Both the position numbers and the translations under genes were made by a program. From Trichoplax sp. H2 (taxonomy: Eukaryota), in the NCBI GenBank assembly GCA_003344405.1, contig NOWV01000024.1, positions 248,001 through 312,000 on the forward strand: a DNA stretch of 64,000 bases, given 5' to 3'. The first letter of the stretch is position 1, and every line of letters starts with the position of its first letter. Of this stretch, positions 54,818 to 64,000 are shown piece after piece. The notes below the pieces were generated by a model. That model saw nothing but the letters and a program-made list of their open reading frames with translations. It was not told the DNA's origin and ran no database searches.

Positions 54818-56410
54818 ATGACGTCGATGATAGCCAATAGGGCTAACAAACCGACAATGGACAGAGAAACCGAAAATAAATGCAACAAGGTTGACGAAGC
54901 TGCAAGCAAACAAGATGAAAAGATAACGTTAGCAAGCCCATCCTGGTTGGAAAAGACTGCTAATAGTTATAGAGCTTCACTACACAACGAACAATTGGGA
55001 CATAACCCTCGAATAGATAGCATAAAGTTAATGCAAGTTACAAGCGAACAAGATGAAGCGATAGCATTAATAATCCCGTCCATTTTGGAAAGGACTACTA
55101 ACCATGTCCAAGGTTCGCCATCCAGCAACCTATCAAAAGAGGAACCAGAAATAGATTGGACAAATTTGATGCAAGCTGTAAGCAAACATGTTGAAAAGAT
55201 AACATTAGTAACCCCATCCTGGTTAGAAAGGACGGCTAACAATTCCGCCGATTTGCCACCGAATGAACAATCAGAAGAGAAAGCTGAAATAAATGAGATC
55301 GGGTTGATGCAAGATGCTAGGAAAGAAGAAGATAAAATGATAACATTGGGACCTCCATCCTGGTTGAGAAAGAAGACTACTAACCATTCCAGAGGTTCAC
55401 CACAGACCGAACAATCCAAGGAGAAACCTGAAATGAATGCGACAAAGTTTATAAATGCTACAAGCAAGCAAGATACAGTGATAACATCAGAGATAAAAAG
55501 GGCCACTAACAATTCTGAAGGTTCGCAACCAACCGAAAAATCAAAAGAGAAACCCTATATAAATGTGGTTAATTTTATACGACCTGCAAGGAAAGAAGAT
55601 AAAACCATAATAGGACCTCCATCGTGGTTGAGAAAGAAGACTGCTAACCATTCCAGAGGTTCACCACAGACCGAACAATCCAAGGAGAAACCTGAAATGA
55701 GTACAACAAAGTTTATAAATGCTACAAGCAAGCAAGATACAGTGATAACATCAGAGATAAAAAGGGCCACTAACAATTCTGAAGGTTCGCAACCAACCGA
55801 AAAATCAAAAGAGAAACCCTATATAAATGCGGTTTATTTTACGGGACCTGCAAGGAAAGAAGATAAAACGATAACATCAGGACCTCCATCCTGGTTGAGA
55901 AAGAAGACTGCTAGCCATTCCAGAGGTTCACCACAGACCGAACAATCCAAGGAGAAACCTGAAATGAATACGACAAAGTTTATAAATGCTACAAGCAAGC
56001 AAGATACAGTGATAACATCAGAGATAAAAAGGGCCGCTAGCAATTCTGAAGGTTCGCAACCAACCGAAAAATCAAAAGAGAAACCCTATATAAATGCGGT
56101 TTATTTTATGGGACCTGCAAGGAAAGAAGATAAAACGATAACATCAGGACCTCCATCCCGGTGGAGAAAGAAGACTGCCAACAATTCCAAAGGTTGGTCA
56201 CGGATCAAACAATCAAAAGAAAAACCTGAACGTACTACGACAAAGTGGATGGATTTTGCAAGCAAGCAAGATCAAGAGAGAACATTAGAACCTCCGTCCT
56301 CGTCGAAAAAGAAGACTGCTAACACTTCCGAAGATTGTTCACGAATCAGACAATCAAAAGAGAAGCCTGAAAATAATGCAACAAGGTTTATGGTTACTGA
56401 CAGCAAATAA
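54818..56410 (+). CDS. Intronless 530-aa hydrophilic repeat protein of unknown function (possibly a truncated or decaying gene)
   Basis: 1593-nt ORF in AT-rich DNA. Contains 88-89-aa repeats (PPSWLRKKTANHSRGSPQTEQSKEKPE...) starting near 55349, 55613, 55880 and 56147. Repeats continue with frameshifts to 56788. Confidence 0.55.
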   Translation: MTSMIANRANKPTMDRETENKCNKVDEAASKQDEKITLASPSWLEKTANSYRASLHNEQLGHNPRIDSIKLMQVTSEQDEAIALIIPSILERTTNHVQGSPSSNLSKEEPEIDWTNLMQAVSKHVEKITLVTPSWLERTANNSADLPPNEQSEEKAEINEIGLMQDARKEEDKMITLGPPSWLRKKTTNHSRGSPQTEQSKEKPEMNATKFINATSKQDTVITSEIKRATNNSEGSQPTEKSKEKPYINVVNFIRPARKEDKTIIGPPSWLRKKTANHSRGSPQTEQSKEKPEMSTTKFINATSKQDTVITSEIKRATNNSEGSQPTEKSKEKPYINAVYFTGPARKEDKTITSGPPSWLRKKTASHSRGSPQTEQSKEKPEMNTTKFINATSKQDTVITSEIKRAASNSEGSQPTEKSKEKPYINAVYFMGPARKEDKTITSGPPSRWRKKTANNSKGWSRIKQSKEKPERTTTKWMDFASKQDQERTLEPPSSSKKKTANTSEDCSRIRQSKEKPENNATRFMVTDSK

Positions 56411-57399
56411 AACCTCCATCCTGGTCGAGAACGAAAACTGCTAACAATTCTAGAGGTTGGTCACGGACCAAATAATCAAATGAAAAGCTTGAAAGTAAGG
56501 CGACTGAGTTTACGAAAGCTGTAAGCAAACAAGATAAAAAAATAACCCCTAAAAAAAGACGCACCTCCGTCGTGGTTGAGAAAGACTGATAACAATTCCG
56601 AAGTTTCATCACGGACCAAACAATCTAAAGCGAAGGATAAAAGAAATGCAACAATGTCTGTGGAAGCTGCATGCAAGCAACACCAAGAGATATCATTAGG
56701 ACCTTTATCTTTGTTGAGAAAGACTGCTAATAATTCAGGAGGTTCGCCTTGGACCAAACCATCAAAAGATCTCCATTCCAAAGACTAATGGCTAGGGATC
56801 GTCTACTGATATAGTGAAGAATAAGGCAGCGCAATTTCTCGAGACAGAAAAGCGATATTTCTAATGTTCAAAGGAATAAATATAATAGTATCACAAGAAA
56901 TATAACTGATGATTGTAAAAGGTTTTAGATCAATTTGCTAATAAAAGGGATTTGGTGTAGATTCTTATTCAAGAATTATAGATAAATTATATCTTGTATG
57001 GAAGTACGTTAAAGATTGTATGATCTAATATCTAATCAATGTTGTAACATGGCTGTTGTAAATAAATGTTAGCCTTCTTGTATATATTTTGGGCAATCCA
57101 CAACCGGCTGACTAAAGTCAACATTGGTACTACGCGGATGACCGACATAACTATAGTACTCCAATATCGCTTGCCTTTCGCTGGTACTTTACAATTCTTT
57201 TGGCCAATTTGGAAATGGAGCTTATGATGAAAGGTGTAGTAGTAGTAACCGGTTTGATATGCTATCACCTAGATTTCATTTTCGATATCAGTTATTCGTT
57301 ATCAGGATAGCCCAAAGTACGAAAAATATCAATTCTGAGCAGGGCCCGGCCAACAAACATGTGCGTATAGCAGTCTGCCTACTTTGTAATGCTATGAAT

Positions 57400-58290
57400 G
57401 AATTAAAAATAAATAGATATCAAAATCCATTCAAATAGCCATTTCAATGGTATCATGTTTTTACGTCACTGCGACACAGTTGACGATATATGTATGATGT
57501 AAGAGTTAGCACAATATTAATAATTTATGATCAGTATCGTAGAGTTGATGATAAACAATTCACTCTAAATAGTATTCAGCCCTAGTTATTTTATGCATAA
57601 ATCCAAGTTACTATGATATCAACCAGCGAATCTATTATAACATCACATCGATTGCCTCATATAGATGAGCAGATTAAAAATAAATATCAAATCCATTCAA
57701 ATGGCCGTTCCAATGATATCATGTTTTTATCATCATTGCGGTAAAGTTGATGATATACATACGATATAAGAATCAGTACCATAGAGTTGATGAACGATTT
57801 ACTCTTGAGGGCACTTAATAGGATTCAGTGCTACTTACTTTATACATAAATCCAATTTACTATCACATAAGCCAGTGAATCTATTATTACATCACATCCA
57901 TTACTTCATATTGATGAGTAAAACATTAAAAATATGTATCAAATCCATCCAAGTAGTAGTTTCAATGATATCATGTTTTGACTATTATTGCAGTAAAGTT
58001 GACCATATACGTACAATATAAGAATCAGCAGGAAATTGATAATTCATGATTAGCATCGTAGAGTTGATAATAAACGATCGACTCTAAATAGGCTTCAGCT
58101 CTACTTGTTTATAAATAAATCCAATTTGCTATCGTATCAACTAGCGAATCTATAATATTACGTCACGTCCATTGCCTCATTTTAAATTAAAAATAAATAT
58201 CAAATCCATTCCAATAACATCATATTTTTACCATCATTGCGGTAAAGCTGACGATATACGTACGATATAAGAATAACTACGAAATTAATT
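57400..58290. repeat. Degenerate tandem repeat, ~260-bp unit, ~3.4 copies
   Basis: ATTAAAAATA..TATCAAATCCAT.CAA recurs near 57403, 57673, 57925 and 58186, with shared downstream blocks (AGAGTTGAT, GAATCTATTA, CATCACATC). Confidence 0.8.
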
Positions 58291-61200
58291 CGACGAAAAT
58301 ATCAAATTACTACCTTAAAGCCAATTTCAAACGTACAGATGTATAGTTATAATCTAGAATATTAGACATTGAAAGGTTAAATTGAAATTCTGAATGGATC
58401 ATACACGATCATCAAATAAGAGCCGATGGAATAGGGCACCAAGAACAATGAAGGATATTGATATTGGCGTAAATTTGATTTGTTGCCAATATCAACTTAA
58501 AAATCTAGAGTTACATAATTTCACTAGAAATAGTATTCTTAGGAGAATTTTTCTTTGTTTTATACAGTAGAAAGTAAATAATTAAATTAATTGCTATTTT
58601 TTTTATGAACTATAATCTCGAATACACTGCTGCAATAGCAAGACTATTGGCATAAAAGAATCTCCTATATTGTGTAGTGTATTAGCAACCATATTATGAT
58701 CCTATTACAACATACTAAAACTATCGAGACGAAAGAAGATTTCAAAAATAAAATGACGCGATCATACTTTGTATATTTGACTTATAAAATTTTTTATTTA
58801 TTGATGTAGTAATACAGTCGTTTACATAACAGTTATTTCATCAATATCTACAGTAACAATAAAAATAATAACGACTGCTGTCAGCAAATTTTGTCAACAG
58901 TCTCGAATTGACTATTTACAACTCATCTCTTCATCGCTTGGTAGGCAGTAACCAAGATTAGAATATTGTCAAAATGATAGAAAGTATTTACATTATCCTT
59001 ATAAATTCAGGAAAAGTAAGTACTGTACTGGCAACGAAGATGATTTCAAAGGTCATGCAATTATTTTTTGTAAGCTAGGAAGTAAGGCTATTACATTGGA
59101 AAGAAATTTGGGCATTACATGAACTTGAAGGACACCAAGGAAAACAGTACATGAAAAAAGAGTGTTGATGTAAATTAATTATCTACAATTTAAATTTCTT
59201 CATAAAGAATGCAGATACAGGTTTTAATCTGTTAGAATTGTCTGTTCGTGGCATTGGTTCCAAGATATCTATCTAAATATGATAAGTCAGATACAGGATA
59301 GAACAATTTTATTATGAAATGATGACCACGTTAACTACCCATCCAAGCTATCGGCGTTGAAGAGATTTTCTTACATACAGAATGGACTAGCAACTGCTAA
59401 AAAGTTTATCCTGGATTGGGTAGAAGCCGGTCTTGATTGATGATTGGTTGTAGACGTAATCGTTCAGAAATAAAGCTAAGACACATTATGCTTATCTTGG
59501 CACAGCCACCTTATGTTAGATTACGAAACTCATGGTCTTGATTTGAATTATCTACAATTAGGCTAAGATTAATCTTTGTTTCAAGAAGTGGCCCAGAAAT
59601 AAGCACTGCTGTGCTTATTTAGACCCATAGGTCATATTTAAGATTGTTGTAATCATCTTCTTTCTCTGAATTATCAACAATTGAACTGAAATTAATTTTC
59701 GATCCAAGAAGCAATTGCTCGACATAATGATTTAAATACGAGTTATCCTCAATTTCCACACTGTAGATACAAGGCAGTCTTAGCACTCCGTAAGTTTTTG
59801 CTCTTTCGGTAATTATACTGAAAAAATAAAAGAATAAATAGTTGTAACCAAAGATTGATTTATTAAATCAGAAAAGAACATGGTATTTTAGTCAATAATT
59901 ATAATCAAGATAATGGTGAACATACAGTACTAGGTTGATGATTTCGAGAGGTAGATTAGCAATATCTATTTTACGAATAATATCCAATGTGGACTCCAAT
60001 TATTATTGTTGACTTACCATGTCACCGATGCATACAGCATGAGCGACCAAATAACATCAACCAAAACATCCAAGGTATAACCTAGGATTGTTCGTTCATC
60101 GTGGCTAATAATGGCCACAGCTCGCTCGCCAGACGAATTAGTCGCTAATCGACGAATTGCCAACTGACTATTTATATCTTTGCCTTTAATAAAAGCTGAT
60201 GTAGGTAAGGCAATGAAGGACGAAAAAAGGAAACGCATAGCTGATTTTTATGCTTGGATAAAGTAATCTTGATATGTTGTAAAATATTAATACGATGTCT
60301 AGAAACAACCGAGATGATTCAAACGTATAGTTTATTTTCAAGAAATAATTTTGAATGTGCATCAAGAAATAGATTCAATATCATGCAATGATTGCATTAG
60401 CAATTAAAATTAGTGAAATGTGAAAATATTCAAGTCTTTTATAGAAATTGTTGACTATTGATTTATTTAATTCGATGCTACTTTATCATAATGTTGCCTG
60501 GAGTCGTTAATCAATTTGAATACGTTGTTTACTTCTAGATGGATAATTAGAATTAATATTCTAATTATGAATGAAGATCAATAAAGAGGAAGTCTAAAAC
60601 TTCTAAAAATAAACAATAGTCATCTTGAAAGAGCATTTCATCGATTGAAAGCGATCTTTAGATTATAATATAACACTATTCTAGCATAAAAGAAATGGAT
60701 AGTTAACGTATGCTGTGAAAGCCAATTTTCATATTTTTCATAGTTCAATAACTATCATTAATGTTTTTTCACATATTAGCACCTTCAAGGTAGTTAACCT
60801 CCTTTCATACCGAGAACAAAAAATATCTCACTAAAGAAATTCTATGCAAGAAAAAAAGGATATAATAACTTTCTTGAAATACCTGAATCTAGAAGTTAAC
60901 TTAAAGAAATCCAATTTGCTACTCCATGAGCATATCGAAGGCAACTTTAAGTTTACAATACAACTATAAGTTAAAATATTTCAGTTTTTGCTGAGTATTG
61001 ATTCTTTCTCCCACGCCCTTAAGCTGTATAGAAAATGATTATCGTTTAAAAATAAGCTATTGAAATAAAGTAATGGAGAATTTAATCGACATTGATGAAA
61101 AACTAGTGTAATCAATCATGATAATTAATTAATGCTTTATAAAATAATCTACCCTCAATAATAATATCCTAAGATGCAATTCTCAATCCATCTTTGTTGA

Positions 61201-62329
61201 CCTAGCAACATCATGATACAATACTTTATTTCTCACTGGTATCTTTTTAATTTCAAATTAGAAATGCTCTAGATCTTACTGCAATTATAGGCTAGTATTT
61301 GGCCTGATATCAAGCATTGAATGTGTTTACCATCATAGAATACTTAGCTATTAAATAAACTAGAATTGATTTCATTTTGTTAATCTATCTATTGAATTTA
61401 TGAAGTAAAACTTTACACTACACTAAGTCCATTTGATGGCAAATGGGTAATAATGAAGCTGCTTGATCATCTTCAAATAAAACTGATTGAAAATGATTAA
61501 ATCAAATTAAGATAGACAATATCAATAATATCAGACGGAGATACTATTTTAACCATGGCCGTTTTCTCTCTATGGACAGTTTTAATTAATTTATTTACGT
61601 AATTTCAGCTATTGTTGGGAGATTGCATGCCATCATACCGGTGTTGAATTGTCTCTATCTTCAATATTAGTAGGATTTTATAAATGACCAATTAATTTGG
61701 CTACGGATGTTTTACAAAACTGGACGATAATTGATATAAAGAAACTAAAAATAATATTAAAAGTGGACAATTTTTAATTATAATAATAGTTATGAATGAA
61801 ATAATGATCGTCAAGGAATATTTATTTCCGATTTACATCGACTACTCAAATCGTTGGATAATATTTGGACGATGCTGATGTCAAAATCTGTCTCTGTGTT
61901 TGCGATTGGTTTCATTTTTAGTGCAATCAATAATGATAATTGATTGCTGTTTAATTTTTTGCTATACTAGTCAATATAGCTATCGATGTAAACAATCTTC
62001 AGCGTGCTACTGCATGAAATAATTAGGGCAGTTTTCATCTTTCATCAAGCTAAGATGAAAAGAAATAACTATAGTCCAATTTGAGCCATTAGATCAATAA
62101 CAGACAGCTGGGCAATTATTATATTTAGAAAGACAAAGCTATCAGGCAATGTAAATTAGCGTTCTATGAATGTGATGATTGGTAAGCAAACCTAGACCAA
62201 TAATAAATATACTCGTTACTATCTTGCCCGGTATTTATTTCCTAGAAAAACAAAAGATGTCAAAATATACATATAAACTATAAGTCCAATGCGAAGAAAA
62301 TGATTGATTAATTAACTTATTTTAATATT

Positions 62330-63480
62330 TGCAGCTTCTTCGAAATTACTAACTAGTTTACTCACTGCGGTAACCAAGCATAAATATTATATCTTTAATA
62401 ATAATATTTTCAGGGAATGTTAAAGTGCCAATGCTAGAAATTCTTTAATGACTTTTACTCGTCACGGTAACCAAATATCATATCCTTAATAATCATATCA
62501 TAATAGTTACAGTCTCAGGGTATGTTAAAGAGCTAATACTAGAATTGATTTTTTACTCTTCATCATAACTAAATAAAAATATCATATTCTTAATACTTAC
62601 ATTTTCAGAATATTTTAAAGAGCAAATGCTACAATTGATTTTTACTCATCACGGCTACTAAATATAAAATATCTTATCATTAATAGTTAAATTCTCAGGA
62701 AATATTAAAGTGCTAATACGTAATCGACTTTCTACTCATTGCAGCAACTTAATATCAATATCATATTTTTAACAGTTACGTTCTCAGGGTGTGTTAAAGT
62801 GCTAAAAGTAGCATATTTTTAACAGTCACAATCTCAGAATATGTTAAAGTCCTAATACCGTAATAGACTTATTTTACTCATTGCGGCAAGTAAGCATAAC
62901 TATCACATCCTTAATAGTCGCATTCTCATGGTATGTTGAAGTGCTTATACTTTCATTGACTTTTTTAATATTTACTGTTTCTTCAAAATAATTAACAAGT
63001 TTATTCATTGCGCTAACTAAACACAAATATTAAAAAATATATCCTTAGGGTATATTGAAGGACTTTTACTTTAATTCCCTTTTATAATGTTTACAGTTAA
63101 TAATATGTTAACTAGTTTATTCATCGTGCTAACTTAATATAAATATATCGTTAATACCGGTAGTTATAATATTCCTACAGTATATATATAAGTACTAGTA
63201 TTCACAACACTTTTATTGAAACTGGCGGACACTTCTCACATTCTTTACTGCCTAAAATTAAATATATGTAACAACGTTAACTTTATTTTCCATATGAAAA
63301 CATGGTTGATTAATTTATTTTAGTAATATTTATAGTTTTCCAAATTGTTGATTATTCCATCCTTTGTGTTAACTAAATATAAATAGGAATAATAATTATA
63401 TTTTCAGGGTACTTCTAAGTGCTTGTATGTATAACACTTAAATCGATGTATTCTGGTAGTTCTTGCCGTGCTAACTTAAA
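62330..63480. repeat. Degenerate AT-rich tandem repeat, ~90-bp unit
   Basis: TTTACTCA...GGTAAC...ATATC..TTAATA...TCAGGG.ATGTTAAAG.GCTAAT recurs near 62358, 62455, 62552, 62641, 62731 and 62874, and more weakly beyond. Confidence 0.75.
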
Positions 63481-64000
63481 CCATCTTTAATAATTCTCAT
63501 AAGATTGCTCGATTCCATCATAAGAGTCATTAGGACTATATTCTATAAGAAACCAGTAGCTAAGTGCTACTATAATTGTGGCCACTCGGTTTATTTCCGT
63601 CAAAGCAATGGGTAATTATGAGCTACTATCAGCTCTTTGTCTTCTAATTTAGAAGCTTGCAAACATGTTGAGCTGCTAATCTTGGCACGTGAATTTTCAT
63701 TCCGCAATAAATTCAAAGATTAAATATTATTATTACATGTTTCTACTTGAAATATAAATAGTTGTATTGATTACAGATTGGCTGAAAATAGCATGATAGG
63801 ATACTGAATTGTTTTGCTAACTAACGATTATACTGTAGTTGCAAAGCCTTAAGCTACGGAAACAGTGAGTGCATTCGCTGCTTGAATTCCGGCACTGGCT
63901 GTATTGACGTCATAACAAGTGGAGCTCTACTTGCCTATTAGAGCCACACGTATAATGCTGAAAAGGAAGGGTGCGATTTAGAATCACTTATATTGGTGCT

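Noticed and set aside
54967..56781. Hydrophobic minus-strand ORFs (MLVALFISDV...)
   Set aside because: They are antisense shadows of the K/E/T-rich repeat ORF.

Overview
AT-rich eukaryotic (animal) genomic DNA with short spliceosomal introns and four 20-N assembly gaps. The style suggests an early-branching metazoan such as a placozoan; this is inference only. Six intron-containing genes can be reconstructed by hand: (1) a 16-exon receptor tyrosine kinase (+, 3869-13250) whose ectodomain is 6 Ig + 3 FN3 (L1CAM/contactin-like) fused to a RET/FGFR-like kinase; (2) caveolin (-), apparently with two promoters and a long, tyrosine-bearing N-terminal isoform; (3) aminoacylase-1 (-); (4) a divergently transcribed single-domain class IIb HDAC (+) that is HDAC6-CD2-like but has the CD1-type GDPK lysine; (5) UBA3 (-), which contains a U12-type intron; (6) cytosolic seryl-tRNA synthetase (-). 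Also present: a 530-aa intronless repeat ORF, at least seven unrelated tandem-repeat arrays, a MITE-like element, two gap-flanking duplications that look like uncollapsed haplotypes, and possible decayed gene fragments near 57-62 kb. No tRNA, rRNA or CRISPR was seen. Exon coordinates were read manually and may be off by a few bases.
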